A stretch of 64,000 nt of DNA, taken from positions 437,875 through 501,874 of the forward strand of contig NW_018405476.1 of the NCBI RefSeq assembly GCF_002113885.1, read 5' to 3'. The stretch is from Mizuhopecten yessoensis. Lineage: Eukaryota. The translations under genes and the position numbers were made by a program. Below the pieces are notes generated by a model. That model saw nothing but the letters and a program-made list of their open reading frames with translations. It was not told the origin of the DNA and ran no database searches. Shown here piece by piece: positions 1 through 13,299 of this stretch. How positions within the stretch are numbered: position 1 is the stretch's first letter; each line of letters starts with the position of its first letter.

Positions 1-128
1 ACAACCACTACAACAGTCCACAGACAACCACTACAACAGTCCACAGACAACCACTACAACAGTCTACATACAACCACTACAACAGTCCACAGACAACCAC
101 TACAACAGTCTACAGACAACCAGCACAA
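1..128. repeat. 23-bp minisatellite (ACAACCACTACAACAGTCCACAG), truncated by window start
   Basis: About 5.5 tandem copies with period 23, visible directly. Confidence 0.9.
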
Positions 129-1292
129 CAAATGTAAAAGGATATTACAAGTTTCGTTATTAAATTCATATCTGTCAATTCATTTGATATGTACTACGTC
201 TGCAATAATATGTTTAGTTCTTTCACCGGAAACACTGCCGTTATTCTACCATGCACTGCGTCTCTGATTTCACACAAACTACAATCAAACCGTTTGGTGT
301 GATCTTGTCTGACATCTCCGGAATGATCATACGTCTTGCATTCAAATTCGCCCTAACAGTGCTTGGTTTTGTGATCGAGCGTTTTATGGCGTTCGTGCAC
401 CAACGTTTTTGGTAGGTAAATTATTTACCACAGTATAACTGTCAAAATAAACATGGTTGCGATAACGGAAATCGATTACATAATACAGGCTCGGGCAACG
501 AAACTGATGGAAACATAAACAAGCGCCTTCCGAAATCTTTACGAGGGCAAGTGTAAGACATACTCCGCTATTCTGCGCCAAATATCTCATATCAAAATCC
601 ATTCGTGTGTATTTTGAATTATTTTCTAATATCTTTGATCAGTTATAAACCACGTAAATCCAGTTCTAAGACTTTAAGGTCTGATGTATTGACAGAGCCT
701 CTGAGCCCACTTGTATAAAGCATCTCAACTCTTGAGATTTCCTCAAGTCTAAAATTTTCCATAGACAATACATTGCTTGAGATTTTCCTTGGTATGCATG
801 TATATGTATAAATATATAAATCAAGCATCATTCATTAAATAAGGTCAATGAGCTGAAATCACTTGACCGTTTTTAGAAAAAGAGACGATGATAAATCAAC
901 ATGAAACTCTATCAAAATAATCCAAACCAAAGAGCAGTGCTCAATACACACTGATGCGCGAGTGCATTTGCGTCCAAAGCTATTGATGTACCGGGTTAGC
1001 GTGTTTGTCGACTGCACAAGACTACACTGTCTGCACCGAGAACTCCATCTATCGCCGTACACATTTACCGCTAATGTTAGGCTATATCTAATTTAATTTC
1101 TATTGATTTTGATGTAAGATAAAGCGTTTGAGGAGCGGCGCTACACAAATCGTGTTACTTGTATGTTTTACCTGCAGCAATGTGAAGGTACCAGTAGATC
1201 AATAGCGGAAATGGTAAATACATCTACAGTTATAGATAGTCCATTAAATTATCTGTTAAGCATCGGAAAACAACATTTCAATATTTCCTCAC

Positions 1293-1828
1293 CTGTCGAA
1301 TGACGTGGAATGTGATTTTGGCGCTTGGGAAGGAGAAGGCGTCGTCGATGTTCTTGTCTTATTTGGAGATGCATTTGGCGTAGAGGATTTCCCGTGTGAA
1401 CGCGGAGCTTTCTCGTAAATATTGCCATGTCCATTCACCCCATTGTGCTCCTTGGTATTCCCTCCCTTGCCAATTAAACGTTCGTTACTTTTATGTAACA
1501 CTTTCGATTTTGAATTCATTCTCGCTCGTTCGTCTTTGGCCCTAATTTTGGTTAATTCCAGTTGCCCGTTGTCGTCCTTGAATGTCAAGTTGTCATACGC
1601 ACCGGGGCCAAGGCACAGGCCTTCAAACCCAGCCCTGTTTTGCGACCTTGGCGAGTCACTGGCCCCTACTACCTCGTCATCTTTGACCCTGTACTTCTCC
1701 TTCCGTCTCTCCCGAGGGGAATCCGACGCTTCACTGTCGCTCCGACTCCGGGAAGATCGGTGTGACTTACCAGGCCCGGGGGATGTGCGGAGATCGGTCC
1801 CCTTTGACGGATTGGGGTCTAAGTCCAT
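1293..1828 (-). CDS. Probable first coding exon of an unidentified gene (Ser/Arg/Pro/Lys-rich, likely disordered N-terminus)
   Basis: ATG at 1828 opens 178 codons of GC-richer, non-repetitive sequence (MDLDPNPSKG...STSFD). It ends at GACAG|GTGAGG, a consensus donor in phase 2; the apparent TGA lies in the intron. No downstream exon was found in 1-1292. Confidence 0.7.
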
Positions 1829-2896
1829 GGTGTAGTGAAGGATTGCCCTAGTTTAACCGGGGATACATAACGAGCTCTGCCAACTATGTCCAGCTCTCAA
1901 TCACTTACAGCTGGCCTATACAATCCCTGCTTTAAAACGTGGAGCGTGTCGGGTCGTGCGCGGACGTCTGTGTCTCGCGGACTGGTGAATCCGACCCCAA
2001 TACACACACATACAATGGGCTGTCCTCTTTTCTCGACTGATCCGCCTATCTGTTGTCTCTTATCCAATCATCGATCCGTGATGAGATGGCTTTTACAATA
2101 TAATATGACTTTTCAATAGGGATGTGTAACGCTGATAGTCAGCTTACAATGAACTGCTAGTGCCGTGTCATCGGGTTTGTGTGGCGATTCTACTCTCCGT
2201 TGGCTCGCCAAGGAAACACAGAGCTGTCTATACATATTGCACAAGTTTGCTTGATGTCATTTCGAAAACACGATTTACATAATATTAAAAGGACCGCACA
2301 CTCGTCATACATACACGCTGTATATATATATGTAAATCACACGTTTTGCTGGTTATACTTGCATTAATCTAAACACATTTACATGCTATACAATGAATGA
2401 CCGGTGTGTATGAAATAGAAGCACGATACACATTTATAACGCACATGTATAGATTTTCCCTGTAAAGGCAGTACTGCGTCATAATGCCCCCGATATAGCT
2501 CTACCTGTAGTTTCTCTCTGGCAATATTTTAATGATTAATAAGTATCGTCTGTGGGAAGGTTTCTCAATATTAAAAAAAATGTTATGGAATTGTTGTCCA
2601 TGATTTTTGACTTTATTGAGACTCGGTTTCAAGGACATATAATTTTTATATAGTTGAAAGAGGATAAGGTTTAGGTGTTCCTATACCGGAGATATTTATG
2701 TCAAAATATCTGGTGCTCTACATGTAGACGAGGTTCGGGGTAGAATACGTCTGGGAGGTGTTGTTCAGGCTGCAGTATATGAGGTGTTGGAGATACAAAC
2801 GACAAGGTAAAGAGCACCTCATCGCGATGGTGCTCCGGATATAGGTACGCAATGTGTACGATAAGTTTGCGTCTATGATGCTGTTGGGATAAGAAA

Positions 2897-4190
2897 CATA
2901 CAGTGAGGATTGACTAAAGAGTTCATGATGGAAATGGGCTTATAATGGTGCCCCATGTAGATACATACAATGAGGATTGACTAAAGAGTTCATGATGGAA
3001 ATGGGCTTATAATGGTGCCCCATGTAGATACATACAGTGAGGATTGACTTAAGAGTTTATGATGGAAATGGGCTTATAATGGTGCCCCATGTAGATACAT
3101 ACAGTGAGGATTGACTTAAGAGTTTATGATGGAAATGGGCTTATAATGGTGCCCCATGTAGATACATACAGTGAGGATTGACTTAAGAGTTTATGATGGA
3201 AATGGACTTATACTAGTGCCCCATACAGATACATACAGTGAAGATTGACTTAGGAGTTCATGATGGAAATGGGCTTATAATGGTGCCCCATGTAGATACA
3301 TACAATGAAGATTGGCTTAAGAGTTTATGATGGAAATTGGCTAATAATGGTGCCCCATGTAGATACATACAGTGAGGATTGACTAAAGAGTTTATGATGG
3401 AAATGGGCTTATAATGGTGCCCCATACAGATACATACAGTGAGGATTGACTTAGGAGTTCATGATGGAAATGGGCTTATAATGGTGCCCCATGTAGATAC
3501 ATACAATGAAGATTTGCTTAAGAGTTTATGATGGAAATTGGCTAGTAATGGTGCCCCATGTAGATACATACAGTGAGGATTGACTTAAGAGTTTATGATG
3601 GAAATGGGCTTATAATGGTGCCCCATGTAGATACATACAGTGAGGATTGACTAAAGAGTTTATGATGGAAATGGGCTTATAATGGTGCCCCATGTAGATA
3701 CATACAGTGAGGATTGACTAAAGAGTTTATGATGGAAATGGGCTTATAATGGTGCCCCATGTAGATACATACAGTGAGGATTGACTAAAGAGTTTATGAT
3801 GGAAATGGGCTTATAATGGTGCCCCATGTAGATACATACAGTGAGGATTGACTAAAGAGTTTATGATGGAAATGGGCTTATAATGTTGCCCCATGTAGAT
3901 ACATACAGTGAGGATTGACTAAAGAGTTTATGATGGAAATGGGCTTATAATGGTGCCCCATGTAGATACAAGCAGTGAGGATTGACTAAAGAGTTTATGA
4001 TGGAAATGGGATTATAATGGTGCCCCATGTAGATACATACAGTGAGGATTGACTTTAGAGTTTATGATGGAAATGGGCTTATAATGGTGCCCCATGTAGA
4101 TACAAGCAGTGAGGATTGACTAAAGAGTTTATGTTGGAAATGGGATTATAATGGTGCCCCATGTAGATACATACAGTGAGGATTGACTTA
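2897..4190. repeat. 67-bp minisatellite, ~19 copies
   Basis: Unit CATACAGTGAGGATTGACTAAAGAGTTTATGATGGAAATGGGCTTATAATGGTGCCCCATGTAGATA; copies at 3701 and 3768. Confidence 0.95.
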
Positions 4191-5380
4191 ATGTAAGATA
4201 CTGTACTTTGGTATGGTTGAGCTCACTCATGTTATGGTAATGTAAGTTACTTACTTTGGTATGGTTGAGCACACTAATGTTATGGTAATGTAAGATACTG
4301 TACTTTGGTATGGTTGAGCTGACTAATGTTATGGTAGTGTAAGATACCGTACTTTGGCATGGGTGAGCTCACTAATGTTATGGTAATGTAAGATACTGTA
4401 CTTTGGTATGGTTGAGCTCACTAATGTTATGGTAGTGTAAGATACCGTACTTTGGTATGGGTGAGCTCACTCATGTTATGGTAATGTAAGACGCTATAAT
4501 TTGGTATGGTTGAGCTCACTAATGTTATGGTAATGTAAGATACTGTACTTTGGTATGGTTGAGCACACTAATGTTATGGTAATGTAAGATACTGTACTTT
4601 GGTATGGTTAAGCACACTAATGTATTGGTAATGTAAGATACTGTACTTTGGTTTGGTATGGGTGAGCTCACTAATGTTATGGTAATAAAAGATACTGTAA
4701 TTTGGTATGGTTGAGTTCACTAACGTTATGGTAATGTAAGATACTGTACTTTGGTATGTGTGAGCTCACTAATGTTATGGTAATGTAAGATACTGTACTT
4801 TGGTATGGTTGAGCTTACTAATGTAATAGTAATGTAAGATACTGTCCTTTGTATGGTTGAGCTCACTAATGTTAAGGTAATGTAAGATACTGTATTTTGG
4901 TATGGTTGAGCTCACTAATGTAATGGTAATGTAAGATTCTGTACTTTGGTATGGGTGAGCTCACTAATGTTATGGTAATGTAAGATACTGTACTTTGGTA
5001 TGGTTGAGCTCACTAATGTAATAGTAATGTAAGATACTGTACTTTGTATGGTTGAGCTCACTAATGTTATGGTAATGTAAGATACTGTATTTTGGTATGG
5101 TTGAGCTCACTAATGTAATGGTAATGTAAGATACTGTACTTTGGTATGGTTGAGCTCACTAATGTTATGTTAATGTAAGATACTGTACTTTGGTATGGGT
5201 GAGCTCACTAATGTTATGGTAATGTATGAATCTTTACTTTGGTATGGTTGAGCTCACTAATGTTATGGTAATGTAAGAATCTTTACTTTGGTATGGTTGA
5301 GCTCAATAATGTTATGGTAATGTAAGAATATTTACTTTGGTATGGGTGAGCTCATAAAATTGGTAGTAATATAAGACACT
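4190..5380. repeat. 49-bp minisatellite, ~24 copies
   Basis: Unit AATGTAAGATACTGTACTTTGGTATGGTTGAGCTCACTAATGTTATGGT; copies at 4532 and 4581. Confidence 0.95.
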
Positions 5381-5454
5381 ACGATATGGATAAGCATATA
5401 CAAATGATGGTAATGTGAGATAAAACGGTATTAACGAGAAATTACCTTTTTTGA

Positions 5455-7550
5455 GGTCATAAAGGTGGTGGTAACGTGATTTTATACGGTATGGATTAGC
5501 TCGTAAAGGCGGTGGTAACGTGATTTTATACGGTATGGATTAGCTTATAAAGGCGGTGGTAACGTGCTTTTATACGGTATGGATTAGCTCATAAAGGCTG
5601 TGGTAACGTGATGGATGAGCTTATAAAGGCGGTGGTAACGTGCTTTTATACGGTATGGATTAGCTCATAAAGCCGGTGGTAACGTGATTTTATACGGTAT
5701 GGATTAGCTCATAAAGGCGGTGGTAACGTGATTTTATACGGTATGGATTAGCTCATAAAGGTGGTGGTAACGTGATTTTATACGGTATGGATTAGCTCAT
5801 AAAGGTGGTGGTAACGTGATTTTATACGGTATGGATTAGCTCATAAAGGCGGTGGTAACGTGATTTTATACGGTATGGATTAGCTCATAAAGGCGGTGGT
5901 AACGTGATTTTATACGGTATGGATTAGCTCATAAAGGCGGTGGTAACGTGATTTTATACGGTATGGATTAGCTCATAAAGGCGGTGGTAACGTGATTTTA
6001 TACGGTATGGATTAGCTCATAAAGGCGGTGGTAACGTGATTTTATACGGTATGGATTAGCTCATAAAGGCGGTGGTAACGTGATTTTATACGGTATGGAT
6101 TAGCTCATAAAGGCGGTGGTAACGTGATTTTATACGGTATGGATTAGCTCATAAAGGCGGTGGTAACGTGATTTTATACGGTATGGATTAGCTCATAAAG
6201 GCGGTGGTAACGTGATTTTATACGGTATGGATTAGCTCATAAAGGCGGTGGTAACGTGATTTTATACGGTATGGATTAGCTCATAAAGGCGGTGGTAACG
6301 TGATTTTATACGGTATGGATTAGCTCATAAAGGCGGTGGTAACGTGATTTTATACGGTATGGATTAGCTCATAAAGGCGGTGGTAACGTGATTTTATACG
6401 GTATGGATTAGCTCATAAAGGCGGTGGTAACGTGATTTTATACGGTATGGATTAGCTCATAAAGGCGGTGGTAACGTGATTTTATACGGTATGGATTAGC
6501 TCATAAAGGCGGTGGTAACGTGATTTTATACGGTATGGATTAGCTCATAAAGGCGGTGGTAACGTGATTTTATACGGTATGGATTAGCTCATAAAGGCGG
6601 TGGTAACGTGATTTTATACGGTATGGATTAGCTCATAAAGGCGGTGGTAACGTGATTTTATACGGTATGGATTAGCTCATAAAGGTGGTGGTAACGTGAT
6701 TTTATACGGTATGGATTAGCTCATAAAGGCTGTGGTAACGTGATGGATGAGCTTATAAAGGCGGTGGTAACGTTTCTTTTATATATGGTATGGATTAGCT
6801 CATTAAGGCTGTGGTAACGTGATGGATTAGCTCATAAAGGTGGTGGTAACGTGATTTTATACGGTATGGATTAGCTCATAAAGGCGGTGGTAACGTGCTT
6901 TTATACGGTATGGATGAGCTCATAAAGGCGGTGGTAACGTGATGGATGAGCTCATAAAGCGGTGGTAACGTGATTTTGTACGGTATGGATTAGCTCGTAA
7001 AGGCGGTGGTAACGTGATTTTATACGGTATGGATTAGCTCATAAAGGCTGTGGTAACGTGATTTTATACGGTATGGAATAGCTCATAAAGGCGGTGGAAA
7101 TGTAAGATACATTGTACTACGGTATGATTCGGTATGGATTAGTTCATAAAGGCGATGGAAATGTAAGATACTACGATATGGATTAGCTCATAATGGCGGT
7201 GGTTATGTAAGATACTACGGTATCGATTAGCTCATAAAGGCTGTAGTAGCTCATAAAAGTGGTGGTTATGCAAGATATTACGGTATGGGTGAGCTCATAC
7301 AGATGGTAACGTGGTAATGTAAGATACTACGGTATGGATTAGCTCATAAAGGCGGAGGTAATGTAAGATACTACGGTATGGATTAGCTCATAAAGGCAGA
7401 GGTAATGTAAGATACTACAGTATGGATTAGCTCATAAAGGCTCTAGTAGCTCATACAAGTGGTGGTTATGTAAGATATTACGGTATGGGTGAACTCTTAC
7501 AGGTGGTAACGTGGTAATTTAAGATACCACGGTATGAGTAGGCTCGTACA
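5455..7550. repeat. 44-bp minisatellite with homogeneous core and degenerate 3' tail
   Basis: Unit CATAAAGGCGGTGGTAACGTGATTTTATACGGTATGGATTAGCT; near-identical copies ~5800-6700; hybrid units from 7100 to 7550. Confidence 0.95.
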
Positions 7551-9774
7551 GATGCTGCAGAGTATACTACCGTAAATGGTCTTATGAAGATAAATATTGC
7601 CATGGACAACAGTAAACAGAAAATGTACTCAAACATAACAAGACATTGCCGTCTCGAGCTATAACAAGGCCGGTTTTCACAAATGCATTAGCCGATTATG
7701 ATTTGTCGAGCCTTTTTTTTCATAATGAATTGGACTCTTACACAATACAGTAGCTACCTATTATAGCATAGCATACAGTATCTTAGAGGTGCTTATTATC
7801 TGTATAGAAAATAACAATAAAATGAAGGGTCGTAGTACCCTACGGCCAAGCCCGAGTTCAGGTCAATATATTTCCGTGAAGGAATGACCGTATGTGTAAC
7901 GACTAGAACAGTCATGTTATAATCCTACATAAGTACCTTTGTGTCAAACAGTACTTAACCTACTTACTTAACTGACAAATTGTGTATATATTACATATAT
8001 ATATATATATATATGCTTAAATTGGGGCAATAAAGTAGTTCTCATGGTGTAGGCAATATGAGGTTGTCAAATGATCAAAACACAGAAAATCACAGAACAT
8101 TTAAATGACATAAAAACAAAATCGAACTATAATAGAATATAACTAATGAATTGAATAACTATATATGAAAGAGGATGATAACGATGATTAAGATGAATGA
8201 TTATGATGATGTTGATGATGATGATATTATGATGACAACGAAAATGATTGTGATAATGCTAAATCCATGTTCGTGTGTGTATATGTGAGAATGCGTAAAT
8301 GTCCTGTTTATGTATATGTATATGTAATGAAAAACTTGGAAAAATAAAACCATTACAAAAAAAATAAAAATATAATAATATTAAAAACAATTAGCCCCTC
8401 GGCCAGCGTGTGCCGTAGTCAAAATTTAAACTGACCTCGTCGTTGACCAATGATACTGTGTGTGTGCGAACAACGACAAAAAGATTATAACATACCGGGA
8501 AAACTGAAGCGTGAAAAAAGATGCTGAAGCTGGAATAAAATGACACGGCAATTCGTCCGGTGATGACGAATGTACTCCGTGTTACATGGGGAGTTTACTG
8601 TTTACAGTATAAAGTGTACTTAATTCTTTGACCCAAATGTCGAAACCATTTAGAGCTTTCGGAAGAGGTAATATTGGGTACAGTACAATATTTGGTAATA
8701 TAGGTACATGTACAATACTAATAGGTACCTGATTAAGGTACAAACGATGTTCTAAGGAACTTCGTCATATCTTGTGAAGCATGGTCCAAAAGTAGTGACC
8801 GGCGTCATTATTGACACTGCTCGATCTACGAAAGGAGTCGCCTCGTGTTTGCTCCTCTACAATTCAAGACAAAAACTCATAAGGCGTCCGCCTGGAATGG
8901 CGATAACCAGACAGGACACTCCACCAGCCACCCATAGTGCTTATAATGCGATTAACGCCATGTATGGACGTTTCCATTCTAGGCGTGCATTCCAGGGGTG
9001 ACTACTTCAGTACAGACAACGTCCGTATATAGTGATAATGAGTTTCTCGTGCGACGCAGTGCGGGGCCTGTAAATAAAACGAATACTTGAAAAGTATAAT
9101 CACCATAAACCGACACAAATATCAAAACACGGTATATTTTCCGAATTATTATTTCCTTTCACAAACACATTTTCTGGGCGCAAATTAAGTTCTTAAAATA
9201 GAATCGATGTTTTCCGCGAAACAGACCGGTCGCAGTATGTGGCGTCACTCCTTTCGCTGTAAATATAGTTCCTTTGAAACAGTAAAAAATGCATATTTTC
9301 GTTTGAAAAAATATTTATGATTTTGGAATCATATAATGACACCAAGTCGTTAAATAGAGTTGATACCTTAACGCGAATTCAATTCTGTGAAGTGGTTAAA
9401 AATTCCGACATCAATGTGTATCAAGATTAAACCGCCATACAATTACAATGAATCAAAAATTCGCATGCTGCAATTTGTATTTCGCAAAGTCGACCTTTCC
9501 CTTCACTGCAGAAACTGGGTCTTTATCAGTTTACAGTGTACATGTACTATGGTTTGAAAAAAGGGAATTGATGTCAAATAATGATACATTGTTTAAGGCT
9601 TAATCATGCTTGACAACTGAATGAATCTTAATGTTGTTTATAAAAATGTGTGATTGCCTTCTCTTGCACGTATCTCGACAGAAGAAAGCATTACACACAT
9701 TTTAGTTATGAGATTGAGACGAAAAAAACAATAAGATTGAGGAAAATAACAACAGCAGACATATTAGATGTGCC

Positions 9775-11490
9775 GACAGTCTGACGGAAGCAGACAGGTT
9801 CAGCAGTCCTGATCATGCTACATGTAATCTACCAGTCTGACGGAAGCAGACAGGATCAGTAGTCCTGATCATGTTACATGTAATCTACCGATCATGCTAC
9901 ATGTAATCTACCAGTCTGACGGAAGCATACAGGATCAGCAGTCCTGATCATGTTACAGGTAATCTACCAGTCTGACGGAAGCAGACAGGATCACCAGTCC
10001 TGATCATGTTACATGTAATCTACCAGTCTAGCGGAAGCAGACAGGATCAGCAGTCCTGATATCATGTAACATGTCATCTACCAGTCTGACGGAAGCAGCC
10101 AGGATCAGCAGTCCTGATCATGTTACATGCAATCTACCAGTCTGACGGAAACAGACAGGATCAGCAGTCCTGATCATGTTAGATGTAATCTACCAGTCTG
10201 ACGGAAGCAGACAAGATCAGCAGTCCTGATCATGTTACATGTCATCTACCAGTCCGACGGAAGCAGACAGGATCAGCAGTCCTGATCATGCTACATGTAA
10301 TCTACCAGTCTGACGGAAGCAGACTGGATCAGCAGTCCTGATCATGTTACATGTGATCTACCAGTCTGACGGAAGCAGACAGGACCAGCAGTCCTGATCA
10401 TGTTACATGTAATCTTCCAGTCTGACGGAAGCAGACAGTATCAGCAGTCCTGATCATGTTACATGTAAGCTACCAGTCTGACGGAAACAGACAGGATCAG
10501 CAGTCCTGATCATGTTACAGGTAATCTACCAGTCTGACGGAAGCAGACAAGATCAGCAGTCCTGATCATGTTACATGTCATCTACCAGTCCGACGGAAGC
10601 AGACAGGATCAGCAGTCCTGGTCATGTTACATGTAATCTACCAGTCTGACAGAAGCAGACAGGATCAGCAGTCCTGATCATGTCACATGTAATCTACCAG
10701 TCTGACGGAAGCATACAGGATCAGCAGTCCTGATCATGTTACAGGTAATCTACCAGTCTGACGGAAGCAGACAGGATCAACAGTCCTGATCATGTTACAT
10801 GTAATCTACTAGTCTGACGGAAGCAGACAGGATCAGCAGACCTGATCATGTTACATGTAATCTACCAGTCGGACGGAAGCAGACAGGATCAGCAGTCCTG
10901 GTCATGTTACATGTAATCTACAAGTCTGACGTTGAGAACATCAACACTTAAAATACAGGATCAGCAGTCCTGATCATGTTACATTTAATCTACCAGTCTG
11001 ACGGAAGCAGACAGCATCAGCAGTCCTGATCATGTTACATGTAAGCTACCAGTCTGACGGAAGCAGACAGGATCACCAGTCCTGATCATGTTACATGTAA
11101 TCTACAAGTCTGACGTTGAGAACATCAACACTTAAAATACAGGATCAGCAGTCCTGATCATGTTACAGGTAATCTACCAGTCTGACGGAAGCAGACAAGA
11201 TCAGCAGTCCTGATCATGTTACATGTCATCTACCACTCTGACGGAAGCAGACAGGATCAGCAGTCCCCATCATGTTACATGTAATCTACCAGTCTGACGC
11301 AAGCAGACAGGATCAGCAGTCCTCATCATGTTACATGTCATCTACCAGTCTGACGGAAGCAGCCAGGATCAGCAGTCCTGATCATGTTACATGCAATCTA
11401 CCAGTCTGACGGAAGCAGACAGGATCAGCAGTCCTGATCATGTTACATGTAATCTACAAGTCTGACGTTGAGAACATCAACACTTAAAAT
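9775..11490. repeat. 56-bp minisatellite with internal dyad symmetries, ~30 copies
   Basis: Unit ACCAGTCTGACGGAAGCAGACAGGATCAGCAGTCCTGATCATGTTACATGTAATCT; copies at 10261 and 10317. Confidence 0.95.
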
Positions 11491-13299
11491 GCACGAACTA
11501 GAATTAGAAAGTCGAATACAGAACAAATAACAGATGAAATATATCGAAATATTATGTTTGTTTCAAAAAAGATAATAGTTACATCTGATAATGAAGTAAT
11601 CAACAACATGCCACTCGCAGATTAACACTCTTTACATAGGCATTGTTATCCCTTTGTCTCACAGAGGATGAATCATTACTAACAACTCCGTGTTCTGTAC
11701 GAGTCTCACTGAACCTTCTACATGGACCTGCTATGTTGGTTTAACTTTGATTAAGATCTTTGGAGGTTTGTGTTTCTTGAGAAAATTTAACACATTAACA
11801 GCATTATTTTGTAGGAACACGGCCGTAAACGTTATTATCCCAGCAGCTTACATGTCATCAGACGGATGCGAGAGTACTCCAAAGTGGACCTTAACGCTCC
11901 ACTAGCTCCCGACACATGGTGCCAACAGTCCGTCAACTTGACCAAAGATAAATAAGCGGTAGCCCATCAACCTGAACAGACACCCCAACAAGAAGTTGGT
12001 ATAATGGTCCTTCCACCTGATCAAGGACATGCTAACAGTATTTTCAGACTAAATAACAGACTTCCAATAGAGACATTCCAACAGAGACCGATATATTACA
12101 TATACATGTCTCTGTTGGACGACGGTCATTTAGTCCGAAAATATTGTTCCATCCCACCAGACACGTTTACAACTACTGATTAGATGGTCACGTGCTTATG
12201 GATGCCGTGTTGTCTTGTCTTGTGTGTATTGATCAAATGACTGCCTTTTTTCTGACGGAGCCGAATAATATCGAAATGAGGTTTGTCTTTGATGAACCCC
12301 CATGTTATATGACGCGCTAGGTGGCGCCAAGGATATATCGGTTTATATAAAAAGCAGATTTAAGGTACATGTATGAAGCGACATGTATGTCCATTAAGCG
12401 AAATTTGTGTTATCAGCATCGACAATCAACAAAACTAAAGGTACAGAACAACACATTTGTAGGTGTGCGTGCAGTTTGCCGTGGTTTGAAAGTAGATGAA
12501 GTCCCAAGCTGCAGTGTAATGTATCGTAAGATGTTACAATGTAATTTAAAACATGTACGAGTTTAGAAAGACGTATCTCAATATCACTAAATCTTATTAT
12601 CTTTTTTTCTTCTTTTCTTCTTTTCTGAATCCTTGTATAAAATGTACAGTTGTATGTTATGAACTGTTATTGTGAAGTTTAAATTAAATCTTACACTAAC
12701 ATTCACCAATATTCACAGTCAATGTTGTTTTACCTTATAACTTTTCCTATGTAGAGAAGCTATTGGAATGCTATGTACAAAGCCGTTTACAACTTTACTT
12801 TTAACGTTAGAACTGCCGTTTATCTTATTTAAAGATATTTCTTGTTTTATGCTGCTTGTGGTAGACCTTGGTCAACGATCTTTGCATCTTCAGTTTGGTA
12901 CACGTTGAAGAAACAGTATTTATTTTGATTTGTCATACTGCCAGGAGCGTAGCTGGGATATACATCTTGTGTAGGTACTTGAACAATTGGCTGATAAAAG
13001 TGTATTGTTTTATTAACAACAACAGTTCAAAAATTTAAATAAAATGATATCCATACCAGTGCGTTTTATGATTAAACATACAAATTATACAAAATTATAT
13101 ATTAACGACTTTAATGATTTAAAAGTGAGGATTTCAGCAAGAATGTTCTATAAGTTCCAATTGGCAATAAGGTATGAAATGATTTTAATGTAGCAAAATA
13201 CTAGTTGTTATCCAGGAATCTGTGAAATCAATTTAAATTATTGAAGATAAAACTAGGGCAAAATATTGTCAAAGGCATGGAGACCCTTAAAAAAGACAA

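Noticed and set aside
1422-1835. Plus-strand 137-aa ORF
   Set aside because: Antisense shadow of the minus-strand exon, which has the ATG and consensus donor.
9775-11490. Hammerhead/retrozyme in the 56-bp satellite
   Set aside because: CTGACGG does not match CUGANGA, and there is no consistent GAAA box after a helix II.
12043-12075. FRLNNRLPIET resembling a LINE ORF2 C-terminal motif
   Set aside because: Too short, and better explained as one arm of a local inverted repeat.
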